DNA of 57,149 nt, counting the filler, from Basidiobolus ranarum (lineage: Eukaryota), in assembly GCA_040143965.1 (NCBI GenBank). It is 6 parts of 6 records of this genome, joined end to end, with 100 filler letters (N's around TTAATTAATTAA, not from the genome) between each part and the next. Parts side by side here need not be neighbours in the genome. Positions count along the whole stretch, not along the records: positions 9,566 to 19,025 come from JASJQH010000824.1; positions 19,126 to 28,572 come from JASJQH010000825.1; 4 more parts are not named here. One strand, 5' to 3'. Position numbers and translations under genes: made by a program. The notes beneath the pieces are model-generated. The model ran no database searches, was not told the origin of the DNA, and saw only the letters and a list, made by a program, of their open reading frames with translations. Of the stretch, positions 12,879 through 25,495 are shown one piece after another (position 1 is the first letter of the stretch; every line of letters starts with the position of its first letter).

Positions 12879-14217
12879 TCGTTTGCTTAATCCACTGGTT
12901 AACGAATAATGGATTTAGATATTCTGTGTATTCAATAAGTTTATATATTACTAAAATTTATAAATAAACATTTAATTCTACTCTTGCAAGTTTTATCCTT
13001 TCGTGTTTCCAATAACTTCTTATAGTAGCAAGTAAAAATCAACATTGAAAATGGTTGTTATTTAAACTTTGCACTATTTTGCTATTATTTGAGTTCAAAA
13101 CAACTCCAAATATCTAGATGAATATAAGGTTATCATTGGCGTAACTAGTATAAATGTGAGATGTAACGAATTACTTGCAGAAGTGTTCGCTAAAGAATTG
13201 AAAATGACTCTTTATTCTTACTGTGGCAATTTTGTACTTATACGATAATAATTAACTTGTATAGCCATCGGAAAATCGATTGTTACAAGGCATTGGAGTT
13301 GAATTGTTTTCGGATGTTGATCAAACATATGTAACAATTTTTGTTTCAATGATCGTTGCATATACTCAATAGACAACAACCTTTTAAAATTGATCCTTTA
13401 AAGATACGATTATACATATCGGGAACAGGCGCATTATATTTTGTCTGCTGTACCATTGATTTCTTGCATGAAAATTGACCAATTAGTATTCAGTACGATA
13501 TGAGAAGTATCCGTCTGAAAGTTCAACGAATGGTAGGTTTAGGATACTACCCAGAGCCCTCATAAAACCAGGATAGTAAGAATCTGTTATCTGGGTTGTT
13601 ATAATACTCAATTCGTGTAACAACGCAAAAAATTCGAACTCCTAGTTTGGATAACTGGGCAAGTAAATAAAATAGACATACTCTGAATGAAAATAGAATA
13701 TTACTGACTTTCCCTTACTTTTATATAGAATCGTGTAATCTAGTTAGGTTGTTGCATCTAATTATGGCACTTAGGCCCACCAAATTTCAGTTCTCATTAG
13801 AGAATTACTAGCAGCCTCGTTTAGGAAGAATGTTGTATGATATTTGCCACTATATTATTTTGGCCCACCGAATCAGTTTCAGTATACAGGTAAAGTAGGT
13901 CGCACTGATGATTATGGCACTTACAACCAAATGTAGGAATAGTCTCTCTTACAGATGTTGAAGAATTTATCTATTGACAAGTAAATGACCGAAATAGTGG
14001 CATTTATCAAATAAATGATATATAATTTAGAGGTACATGGTCACGTAATACATCGCTACGAGTGAGTTGAAGTAAAAGCCCCATGTTCATATTATTATAG
14101 GATGGAACAGTATTTGATCTCTTGTGCTTCTCAAAATTTCATCAGTTGTACTCTCTCCAATGGACTCATCTTTTTCTAACGTTATGAAGCCTCCAAACCT
14201 AGATATTCGAATGGCCT

Positions 14218-14660
14218 TAATCGAATATTCAATGATGTCGAAGTGGTCATCAAATACTCCAAAATAAACTGCAAGAATGAATCCTGAATTTTATCTTCCA
14301 GAATATCCAGAACTTGAACCAATCCAATCACGATAGCGATCACGACTGAAATGAATGAAGTAAATTTTTCGAACGAGTGTCATCTAAGGTGTGAATGAGA
14401 TACAGTATCAATCCTATATTGAATCGATTATTGACCTGAGTGGCCAAATCCGAAACCGAGTAATACTCCCAATCGATACTTTTTCCATCTGGCTTTGATA
14501 AAGTCAAAAACCCGTCTGAGACACTTACGAAATTCAGCATTTCTTCGACGTCAATCGATGCTAGCTTTCTCACGATGAATAATGCGTAATGGCCTCCAAA
14601 TTCCACCATACACAACGTGTGCATAATCCCAATTGATAGTAAGTCTGCCTCTGATACACG
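14218..14660 (-). pseudogene. Degraded relic of a NiCoT (HoxN/Nic1) nickel-cobalt transporter gene, C-terminal half
   Basis: Colinear fragments in shifting frames: SEADLLSIG, LIHTLDD, LVRKIYF, ISVVIAIVIGLVQVLDILEDK and GVFDDHFDIIEYSI. They resemble NiCoT segments (E.ALLGI, LIDTLDG, P.RK.YY, SV.VA..IG..Q.L, D.FD.IG). Confidence 0.5.
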
Positions 14661-16088
14661 TATGTTTGTAATCACAGAGGGTTGCAAAGCTTTCTGCGTC
14701 CAACACACTCACTCAGCTGGACCTGGTTTACGAGCAAATGTTTCTACTGTTTCCTATAAATACTCAATGAGAGTCGGTTGGAATATTACTTACCTGTATC
14801 GCACATTTAGTTCTTTGCTTAAACATATGTCAGGCAAACCTCTGCTTTAATGGCATAGTATGACCAGTGAAGCATACTTGGAACTTAGTGGAGTAACTGA
14901 GCCACTCTATTCATGAGTTCTCACATGACAAGCGTTTATAACAATAACCAGTTGAAAGTTCTTGCTCATGCGCAGATTGTAGACACTACGTGAAATAGGC
15001 GGCGGCAGTCCTTAATTAGAGTTCTTTTTAGCATATCTGTTGGTAGTTATGTCACTGTAACGAGCAAATGCCATCAATCATCATCCTATTCACTAAGCTA
15101 TGACAAGTCAAGTTCTGGTTAATGAAAGCAGCTTGATAGCAAAGGTGCGTAAAACAGTTCAGGATACTTCATTAGAATTGTCCAAGCAACTGATGGAGGT
15201 AATTTTCTCGATTCTGTTGCTGAGAAACAATTCTGGAGTGGCAAGTATGATTGAGTAATAGGCAAGTAGTGACTATGCTAGATTAATTAATAGCACACTG
15301 AATGTAAGTTTCCCAACATCGAAATGAATCAAGATGACTTTCTGGAACACATCATCTCCATTGGCTGCACTTCATATTAGATGAGATTGAACTCAATTAC
15401 TATGCAATCTGCGAGATGACTAGTCGGTAAAAAGTGCATAAACCATCAAAACGAATCACACCAAATTTGTATCTGGGGAAGGTCTAGCATACCGATCCAC
15501 TAGCAATCCAAACAAAGCTTATAACATTGTCATTTAAACATTCAGCTAGCTCACACGTCAAACTCGATTAGTATTACGTGGTAAGTAATTCTTCTTCCTT
15601 CATTATGCAAATGATGTGTGGTTCAGCTCAGCACAATGTTAACAACCAGAGCTAATAATTGGGTGCCTGAGTCATTTCTGGTGCGAAGCTAACTGAGAAT
15701 CTTGATTGGCCACGGCCAAGTAACGTCACTGATGACCAACCAAGATACCAAGAGGTTTTACAAATCCACTGTGAGGTGTCAGAGTGATTATGGGCTCACC
15801 ACTCTAATAGCGTCATTGCAAACCTCTATGTTGTGAGACTACTTCAGGATTTCGGCTTTTCTCAGGATGGAGAAGCCCGACCTCCTTTGTTTACTTTCAT
15901 CGATCGACATCATGTTGAATAGTATTTTATGAGACGAATCCAATGATTCAAATGACACGTAGGCTGTCTGCTTTACCTTTATGAGTTGAGGAATGTCATC
16001 AATATTGCGGTGTAAGCACAAGTCTTATTTAAGCCCATGATATAGTGGAGAAGGGATATCAATTAGTTTCTGTATCCTTCTACCCACC

Positions 16089-17228
16089 ATGAAATCATTC
16101 TTACATGTATCGATCGTCGTATCAACTATGGCTTCGTTAGCCCAAAGTGTTCCGTTCAGCCATGGGATGCTACAGCAGTCGCTGTACCAGCCCATTCAAT
16201 GGGCGTTCGATTCGATGTTTGACGAACCTCCAAAGAATCAAAAAACTTTATTGGACACCATTATTTGGGACCCTCAATTTAAAGAATTAGCGGATATCGT
16301 TAACAACGATGAAGGATTACGAAAAATATTAAACAATCCAGATGCACAACTTACTTTGTTTGCCCCAGTCAATGAAGCTTTTGAACATCATAAGAATCAT
16401 CCGCACCAGAAGGAGCCAAGTAAAGAAGATATATATAACTTGATTACATATCACACACTCTCCGATGCCCTCAGTTCAAAGAAAATCGCGAAATCTCACA
16501 TTCTGGGTACTCAACTTAATTCTCCAGAATTAAACGACAAACCAACCCCTGTACGTATCGGACATTGGAAGGGTGATACCTACATCAATTTCTCCAAAGT
16601 TATTAAAACTGACATTCACGCCACTAATGGAGTTATTCATGCCATTAACCACGTTCTCATCCCGCCTCCATCGGTATTTGATGGCCTGCATTTAATTCCA
16701 ACTGGCTTCAGTACTTTTACATCTGCTATTCATGTCAGTAATTATGGTGGAGACTTTGAGGGTTTTAAAGCAGTAACCGTATTTGCTCCAACCAACAGAG
16801 CTTTCCGCAAACTTGGATACAGAAATTTGGCAGAGATCTTCGCACCCGATGCACGTGAAACCTTGAAACAACTGGTCCAGTACCATGTATCACCCAATTT
16901 GGCCTACACAACAGAAATTTTCAAGAATGGACATAATGCCGGATTAAGATTGCCCACTAACCTAGGAGAAGGATATGATTTGGACATCAAAGGCACCTCC
17001 ACGAAGGACCAACACTATAAAATCACTGTCAACAAAGCCAACGTCATGGTATATGATGTTATTGCCAAAAATGGTGTAGTTCACGTTATTGATACCGTAC
17101 TCATTCCTCCTCATCATGACGAAAATGTTAGGCGTCTTTTCACACCCATGGAAGATGAAAGCGAATGGGCTGATGAGCAAACAGTGAAAGATCATTTCAA
17201 CTCCTTACCAGAGAACTGGTTCCTTTAA
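16089..17228 (+). CDS. Secreted fasciclin (two FAS1 domains) protein, intronless, 379 aa
   Basis: Signal-peptide-like N-terminus; two sets of H1/H2 motifs: TLFAPVNEAF..YH..NGVIHAINHVLIP and TVFAPTNRAF..YH..NGVVHVIDTVLIP. Confidence 0.93.
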   Translation: MKSFLHVSIVVSTMASLAQSVPFSHGMLQQSLYQPIQWAFDSMFDEPPKNQKTLLDTIIWDPQFKELADIVNNDEGLRKILNNPDAQLTLFAPVNEAFEHHKNHPHQKEPSKEDIYNLITYHTLSDALSSKKIAKSHILGTQLNSPELNDKPTPVRIGHWKGDTYINFSKVIKTDIHATNGVIHAINHVLIPPPSVFDGLHLIPTGFSTFTSAIHVSNYGGDFEGFKAVTVFAPTNRAFRKLGYRNLAEIFAPDARETLKQLVQYHVSPNLAYTTEIFKNGHNAGLRLPTNLGEGYDLDIKGTSTKDQHYKITVNKANVMVYDVIAKNGVVHVIDTVLIPPHHDENVRRLFTPMEDESEWADEQTVKDHFNSLPENWFL

Positions 17229-17784
17229 CTAAGCCACCGCGCATGCTATCTATATCTAACTTTAGCTTGATCAATCTATAACAACTCCAGTTGACCCATG
17301 TGTCAAATGTTCCAATAACGCCAGGGAGAAAAATTTAAATAAATTATCAATGATGTAAAATGATTATACATCGTTAAATATACCATTGTTTCTGATTTCG
17401 TCTTGACCCTGTCAAAGAGACTTTCTACCAAAGTCGATGTTGCAATTATTGTCCTATGCAATCGTAGGTGCTACTATTACATCTCGTTAATATCACACAT
17501 CTATACTACACCCGAATTAGAGTTGCTGAAATTAGTTTCCTGTTCGCTTGTGCATGTAACATGGATGATAAATGAAGATCATGTAGGACCGGGACAACAG
17601 TGCAGAGCTCAAAATAGAATTACCAAGTAGGTAGTCACAGAACAAAAAAGTATTCAATTAAAACAATCGAAAGAGGACAATCAATGGTGGATAAGAGTTT
17701 ATCCCAATTAGTATTAGGGTTAATATTAGATGAATATAATGCAATTAAATTTTACGGTGAATAAACTAAATCTAGTGTGAACTA

Positions 17785-19025
17785 TTATACTGGCAATTTG
17801 TGTTCCTTAATTGATGGAGCATCCGTTATTTGTTCTTCGATAAAATTAGGAATTGGTCCCTTGAACCATTTTCTGGCACTTAACAGCCACCAACCAATAC
17901 AAAATACTAGCACCACAAGAACGGCTACCACAGCATAGTTCATATTTTCCGAGGTAACAGGGCTACGACTTGGTAATACGAAGAGTACGTGATAAAGGTG
18001 ATCCATATGCAAGCAACCCACCCAATGACTAGACTAGCTCGACCAAGATTGAAGGGTCCTTGTTCAAAAGTATTTCGGCTTGTTGTTATTCTAAAGAAAA
18101 TTGGTATTCCATAAGAAATGGAGAGACCAATTGTAGCGATAGATGTGACTGCTGTGAAAGCAGTGGAGCTTCCTAGGGACGGAAGTCCAAGTATTCCAGA
18201 CAAAACAATACATAAATAAATCGCATTTCTAGGGATTCCAGACTCTCCCGAAGTTTGGTGCCAAAGATTGGAATAGGGCAGAGCGTTGTCTCTGGAAAAG
18301 GCATATACCATACGGGAATTGGCTGTGACACTGGCCATACCACAAAAGAATTGTGCACCGATGATGATGATCAGCAGTAAAATAGCACCTGTATTACCTG
18401 CAGAGTCTAAGAATATCTGTGCTAGAGCTACTCCAGTCTTACTTCCAATGACTCCATCGTAATCTTGAATACAGAATGTGATCCCGATGAGGAAAGCCCA
18501 ACCTACTACGAAGGAAACAACGATGGACATGACAATACCTACGGGACCACCAATCTCTGCTTTTTTCGTCTCCTCAGTCATATGTGCACTGGCATCGTAG
18601 CCCGTCATGGTGAACTGCGACATAAGCAATCCTAGCAAAAATGTATAACCAGCATTCTCCCAACCAGTATAGTTGGCATAGTGAGTGAACACAAAAGAAG
18701 CAGGCTGCCGTGTTTTGGTAGTACTCACTACTGTAATGATGATAATGATGGTACCAAAGATATGCCACCATACAGATACCGTATTGAAGATATTCACAAT
18801 TTTGATAGCGTACACATTTAATACTCCATGGATCAGTAATAAAGTAAAGTAAATAACCAGTATTATCCCTGAGGTAGGCTCCCATCCAGTTCCGATACTC
18901 ACACAAGAGGAGATCATCAAAGCAAGCCCATAGTCAATACCAGCAGTGATGGCAACCTATTTTTGTTTCAAGCTGAGTGAGTACAATGTAGACAAATGAT
19001 CAAACGGTTTGTATTCTTTACTTGT
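17785..19025 (-). CDS. APC-family amino acid/GABA/choline permease (UGA4/BAT1-like), 5'-truncated, with a 1-bp frameshift near 17988
   Basis: GYDASAHMTEET, ANSRMVYAFSRDNALP, SIATIGLSISYGIPI, GPFNLGR and, in the shifted frame, VLFVLP..PVTSENMNYA..WWLLSARKWFKGP. Intron at 19021-18957. Confidence 0.9.
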
Positions 19026-19125
19026 NNNNNNNNNNNNNNNNNNNNNNNNNNNNNNNNNNNNNNNNNNNNTTAATTAATTAANNNNNNNNNNNNNNNNNNN
19101 NNNNNNNNNNNNNNNNNNNNNNNNN
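19026..19125. other. Artificial contig linker
   Basis: N44-TTAATTAATTAA-N44. Confidence 0.99.
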
Positions 19126-19243
19126 CAAAATACCCTCAACCGTGTATCCAACTTTCTTAGCACCTTAAGAGTATAACCCTTTTGCCATTTTCTCTCATTT
19201 CGTTCATAAATATACATTCTATAGTCAATTCTGTTGAAATTAA

Positions 19244-19562
19244 CATAGCTTAGACATCAATATGGTCATATATAGCGTATTATTTAGTTATTTCACGTTT
19301 CACGAAGATATCACTCACTATTTTCAATCGGAATTTACTTAGAAGTTCTCAGATATATAGATTTTGAAAACTTTTCCTGGAAGCCCAAAACCTTACGCAC
19401 ATGTTCCTGAGACCTTCTTTAACACATTCTACACGTTGGTTTGTTTACCTCTTGACAAAACTATAAATGTCAACTTTCTACTCAATAAATCGATAAGTGA
19501 AAAACATCTATTCTTCTAGTTCTCCAAACCACTTCCAACAAGCTCTGAACATACTTCAACAG
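19244..19562 (+). repeat. Single copy of the ~320-bp repeat family also found in tandem at 28845-29880
   Basis: Shares colinear blocks GGAATTTACTTAGAAGTTCTCAGATA, CACATGTTCCTG, TCTTGACAAAA-TATAAATGTCAACT and TTCTCCAAACCACTTCCAACA with the contig 4 copies. Confidence 0.9.
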
Positions 19563-19935
19563 GGATAACAAACATAATAAAGATATTAAATTTTAACAAT
19601 CCACTACTATCAGTCACTTTATTATCAACCCCTATCTTTAATAACTATAGGTTGAAATCCAGTAATCTCTTGGAATTTTCTATTATTCTAACTTGGCTCA
19701 CCGAAACAGACTTTACCTTAGAAGAACTTTGTAAATTACTGAGTTACGTTTGCGCTACAATTTTCATTAGAAATTCACCAGAAGACGATAAGATTACAGT
19801 CCTAAACAAACCAGACCAAAAAAATTCCGATGTAAATTCAATCACCCCCAAATTTCATGGTTTATGAATTCACCAAATCATATCAATAAATAACCATAGA
19901 TAAAAGAATTTACTGATTTAGTTCAGTTTTATAAC

Positions 19936-21972
19936 ATGTTTCGATTATTTAGAAACTTCAGCCTTGTGAATATTCGACTTCATAAACGTATCACTTTAAA
20001 CAGTACATGTCATAAAATATTCGATAAAAATCCTCCATTCAAGAGAAGTATATGCAACGTTGGGAAATTACATATTCCTAAAGAAATCAATACTTCTCAT
20101 AGAAACTATTTTACCTGGGGAGCAAATGGTCATTTTGAAGATACCATCTATGCTTTATCCTCAGGTATGGGTAAAGCTGGGGTAGCTGTGATACGTGTTT
20201 CTGGTCCTGGTGCTTCGAAGTGTATCAATAAACTCACAAAGAGCTTTAACCCTCTAAAAGATATAACCACGGCTCTGCCTCCAAGTAGAAAAGCAGTATT
20301 CAGAAAGATTGTTCACCCTACAACTGGTGAAACTTTAGACCACGGTATCATTGTCTGGTTTCCAGGTAAGAAAGAGAATGTTTGTTTCAAACGCAATAAA
20401 AATATTCATAAAATAACTCCCCACTTTGAATACTTATAGGGCCAAACAGCTTTACTGGGGAAGATATTGTTGAATTTCAAGTACACGGCGGAAATGCAGT
20501 TGTAAAAGGGATTCTTAGTGCTCTCGGACAACTTGAGGACTATCGACCAGCCGAACGAGGAGAGTTTGCTAGGAGGTGATTAATAAACACCAGTTGAAGT
20601 GTCAATTTGGGCAAGCTATATAACTATTTTTTTTTATCAAAATGTAGGGCTTTTGAAAACGACAAACTGGATTTGACAGAAGTGGAAGGGTTGGCTGATT
20701 TACTCAATGCTGAAACAGAAGTACAAAGGAGGTTAGCGTTAAGACAAGCGGGGGTAAAGATATTTAGAATTCCAGCAACTTCAAATTCTCTTCATTTAAC
20801 CGATTTAACCATTAGGGTGCATTGAAAGGACTGTACGAAAATTGGCGCTCTGGAATGATTAAAAACCTGGCTTTAGTAGAGGCTATTATAGATTTTGGCG
20901 AGGATGAAAATATTGAAGATGGAATATATAACCAAGGTAGAAACCCTGACCTCTCATGCTTATCATATGAGACACATCTAATGCGTTTATTTTCATGAAG
21001 TACACGATGCTATATCCTCCATGTACCTTTCTATTACTGAGCATATGAATGATAATCGAAGAGGAGAAATTTTAAGAGAGGGTATTCACATAGCCATTCT
21101 AGGACTACCTAATGCTGGTAAAAGTAGCTTTCTAAATAGGATAGCTCAGCGCGATGTTGCTATTGTTTCTCACATTCCTGGGACAACTCGAGATGTGGTT
21201 GAGACAACCTTGAACATTGGAGGATATCCAGTAGTACTAGGGGATACGGCCGGATTACGAGATACTGATAACCTGATCGAAGCTGAAGGAGTCTCTCGGG
21301 CGAAGAAGAGAATACAGCAGGCTGATATCAAGATTTGTATTGTAGATGTCGCCGCATTAGTAAAGCACGAAGCCATATTTGATCTTGACAAGCTACTAGG
21401 TCCGATAGTCATTAATGAAGTCGATAAAAATACTATACTCCTGTTAAATAAATCGGATGAAGTGGAGAATTCGGCAGCCATTCAACAGCTAAGAGAAATA
21501 ATCACCAAAAGACTAGGTTCTTCGTTTATTTGGGATATTTCTTGTAAAACAGGAAAGGGAATCGACGGTTTTTTGAAGGGGTTTACTGAGATTTTGGAGA
21601 GCAGGTAGCTTCAGTTTAATTACTCTTAGATTATTTATTGTGTGGTTACATTCTTACATATTTGAATATTTTAATGTAGTTATGGTACTATGGTTGCTGA
21701 AAGTCCACTTATTACGCAAGCACGACATCGAGTACATTTAGAAGATTGTATTGACGCTTTGGAACGATTCCTTGGTAAGTAATACTCATTTGAAACAAAT
21801 TGGCCCCCTCTTGAATTAACAAATGATATTCTAAATTATAGGACAAGAGGATATAGTGCTTGGAGCGGAAGATCTTCGCCATGCTACCAACGCTATGGGG
21901 CGGATTACTGGTAGAATAGATGTAGAGGAGGTGCTTGATGTTATTTTTCAAGAATTTTGTATCGGGAAGTAA
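19936..21972 (+). CDS. MSS1: Mitochondrial tRNA modification GTPase MSS1/GTPBP3 (MnmE/TrmE), multi-exon
   Basis: [80 protein letters not shown] and C-terminal FCIGK*. Confidence 0.96.
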
Positions 21973-22314
21973 AAGAATTATAACCTGACAATAAAAAGAT
22001 ATTTCAATCCATAAAATCAATGTTTGTACCTTTGTTAGCATTTGGTGGGCTTATCTCTACTAACAGTTATCCATTCTGCTCTTTCAACACCATGAGCGAT
22101 GCATGATTAAGTACCCTTAAGGTTTCTGCTCCAAGTGTGGAACAGAGGATTCTTGAAATTGCCCTGTAGTAGATTGTTTCGTTTGAGAACACAGAATATT
22201 AACTTCACATGATATAAAATCAAATGAAATCTATTTCGGTTATGAAAAATGATAGAAACAATCTCTGTTTGGAATATCATTTCTTTAATTACAGGTTTAA
22301 GAAGGTCTGAGACA

Positions 22315-23873
22315 TCACAGAATATACCGGAAATTGGGTATAGGATTTGATTCTTGTGAAGGTTGTTCCTGAGCCATCTTGTTCATTTTTAGATTCTGTC
22401 GATTTAAATAACATCTTAAAAGTAATGAAACAACCGCCGTTAGAATTAACATGCACATGTTTATGGTTTGACTGGGTATGTAGTGAGGAGCTTCTTCCTT
22501 TCGATATAACTGTCCTGCGATAATACCACCAATATTACCCAATGAAATCACCATTGCTGTGGCAGTGGCTGCTTTGGTTGATCCATATATGTTGTTGCTA
22601 AGCCAGCCAAGAGAAAGAGGGATACATGAAAATACTCCCATAGTTGTAATGCAGGCAGCTGCATATAGGGCTATTGTATCTTTTAACACGAGAAGTAGGA
22701 TATAACCAACTATACCAAGTAGGCTTTGACCAATCAAATGATAACCCCGCTCGTGCTGATGATCTGAGTGAAAAGCCATTCCAATAGTAAATACAAATCC
22801 GAAAGCATATGGTGGTGCGGTTAACAATTGAGCCGTAACATCGGTAAATCCAAGGTCACGCACGATAGTGGGTAGAAGAAGAGCTATAGAGTAAAGGGGA
22901 AGAACAATTCCGATATATAATAAAGAGTACATCCAGACTTTTACATCAGTAACCGCTTCCAGAAACTGTTGCTTATCAAAATGAGAGGTGGATACTGCCA
23001 CTTGGTCATGAGAGAGACGCAGCTCAACTAGTTCGCGTTGTCGAGGTGTGAGCCATTTGGCTGTGGCTGCTGAATTTGGCAAGTAAAACCTATGATATTA
23101 TTGCACATCTTTAGTACTGTGTAAATTTCATCATTGTCGACCACTCTTACCAAGTAACAACGCCGAGAACAACAGTCGGTGCTCCCTCAATAATGAAAAT
23201 CCACTGCCAGCCAGAAACTCCATGCAAACCGTCCATATGCGTTATACCATAGGCTAATACTCCACCAAAAGCCCCAGCTAAAGTGGCGGCAGAGAAAAAA
23301 AGTGCTACTCTGGAGCATTGCTCTTTGCGAGTGTACCAAAATGTGAGATAGAAGACAATTCCAGGAAATAACCTTGATTACGTATATTTAATTGATATTA
23401 TTATAAATCAAAGGATTACTTTTGAATACTAACCCCGCCTCGGCTATACCTAGAAATAAGCGGCATACCATCATCCCAGGAAAGTTCGTTACTGCTGCCA
23501 TTGCCATAGTACAGGCCCCCCAGGTCACCATAATTCGGGCTATCCAGCGAGAGGGTGAATATTTCTTTAGCAATAGATTAGACGGAACTTCAAAGATAAT
23601 ATATCCAACAAAGAAAATCGACAGGCACCAAGAATATTGACTTGGAGTTAGACCAATATCAGCCTCAAGTTTGGCTAAACGAGCATTTCCTATATTTACA
23701 CGATCCAAAAATGAGAAGAGATACAGTAAGCCAGCGTATGGTAGTATTCTAAGATCCATCTTTCTTAGTAGCTCTTTAGCTTCCTCAGGTGACCATACTA
23801 TCTCTTGGGAGGAATTTACTTCCATGGTTACATTAACCTCACTTTTACTCTCTACTACTCGAATTTCAGCCAT
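22315..23873 (-). CDS. MFS transporter, anion:cation symporter (DAL5/TNA1-like) family, 3 exons
   Basis: RKMDLRILP..FSFLDRVNIGNA, FEVPSN, RLFLGIAEAG|LFPGIVFYLTFWY, GWQWIFIIEG and AQLLTAPPY. ATG at 23873. Confidence 0.93.
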
Positions 23874-24454
23874 AGAGCTCACAAGTCAAAAAGAGAATGG
23901 AATATAATACTGATTTTGATTTGCTGATAGTCTTTTTATATCTCTCATGGTTCCTCAAGTTCAGAGTGAGTAGCAGTAGCTGTGGCTAAGCTTTTTGCTC
24001 AAACCGTACTACGCACCATAGAAGAGTTTAATGCCATACCTTCAACATTGAATTGTATGTAACAAAACTCGGAACACCAATTTGAAACTAATTTTAGGAA
24101 ACCTGTCCTCTTATCAAACGGCAGGATTAGTTGCTTATGCTCTTTGATACCATGGGAAACCACATTAAAGAAATAGAGTTTAAAACCGGCGTCTCATTAC
24201 GACGTCACTATGGAGGGAAGATTTACGACTGTATATAGTTATAGTTAATAATTATATTGTATCTATAACTTTACACAAGCACTATCCGAATTGTTGAGTC
24301 TGTGTTGCGGAGATAGTCTTAATTAAGATCTCTCCAGACAAGCATAGGGTTTTGATCAAAGACCTAATCCAACTAGTTGGATAACTTTTCACTGAAAAAT
24401 ATCTGTACTTGAAGGTATAGCTGTGTCTCAGAAGCTAGAGACCAAAATAGCAGT

Positions 24455-24715
24455 TATTCTACGGATCAAGTTATAGAGCCGTGACATACCAGATTCCATA
24501 CCCGTATAGTGATACCACCTGGGTGTTTGAGAAGTAATAGTAGGATAACTGTTCAGCTCATGTGAACCAATCTGGTAGAATTTGCTCCAGATATCACTAA
24601 GTGAAAGTAGATGGCTGTTTTCATGTCTTACTTTGGAGCAGACTCTAGTTTGTGAATTTTTATGCTTATTACCTGAGGAAGACTTGGCATACTGTATGCG
24701 TAAAAAGAGTGGTTT
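24455..24715 (-). mobile_element. Highly degraded Tc1/mariner transposase relic (HTH and first catalytic-D region)
   Basis: Colinear frame-shifting fragments HTVCQV, KLESAPK, IWSKFYQIGSH, KHPGGITIRVW and GMSRLYNL resemble Tc1 TVRRVL, RLEFAK, IWSDESKF..GSDG, KHGGGSVMVW and GVG.L..I. By-eye match only. Confidence 0.45.
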
Positions 24716-25495
24716 GTGACTTTTGGGGATTTTCAAGCAGTTAGATGATGAAACATAGTCACTTTCTGCTTCTATTATCCAGTGGGTTGTTGATCTCATC
24801 CTTTGCACTTGGAATACTATTTCTACTAGACACTCCTGCTCTGATGATGGTTAGGTTTCCAATACTACGTTAAGAGTATCGCCTTACATATATACTTTAT
24901 TTTCTGACTGATTATTGAGTTAGAGACAATCTTAGTTCGGTACATTTAATTTGAGCCAAGTGTGTGGAAGTTACAATCATCTTATTGCTCTCCAGAGTGT
25001 TTGTGTACGCTTTAGAGACAGTCTGCGACTTGGTTCCCAATAAGGAAAGGATATTTCCAAACATTTTTTAAATTACCAGCTTAAGAGAAGAACATGAAAC
25101 AATGCTACTCCTAATTGGTAATACGTACCTGGGAATATTTGGAATATATACAAGCACCGGAGATGTAATAGTCACAGCGTTGTAACATTCCGTGGATACG
25201 ATGGCATACAAATATATCTTTTGATGACGAACCAATCAGCATTATGCCATGCAACCACCGTAATCCAGGTCTCCACCGCAAAATGAGATGAGATTTCATA
25301 CTTGGTACAAATCCTCAAGCTGGGAGGTGATTTAGTGGCAATTCATATCAGCTCATATCGTTCGCGTGCAAATACGTGCTATCCAAGATTCGGGCTTGCT
25401 ATCTGTGACATATATGCACACTAACTCTCCTTCCAGAGAATGAAACAGGTGGATTGTATATGTTTATTAATAATTAGAATAACTGAATTTCTACA

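Noticed and set aside
15661-15740. GGGTGC...CTGAGA as a TPP riboswitch
   Set aside because: The downstream ATACC / ACCTGAT / TAAT..CC.GCG.AGG core is absent.
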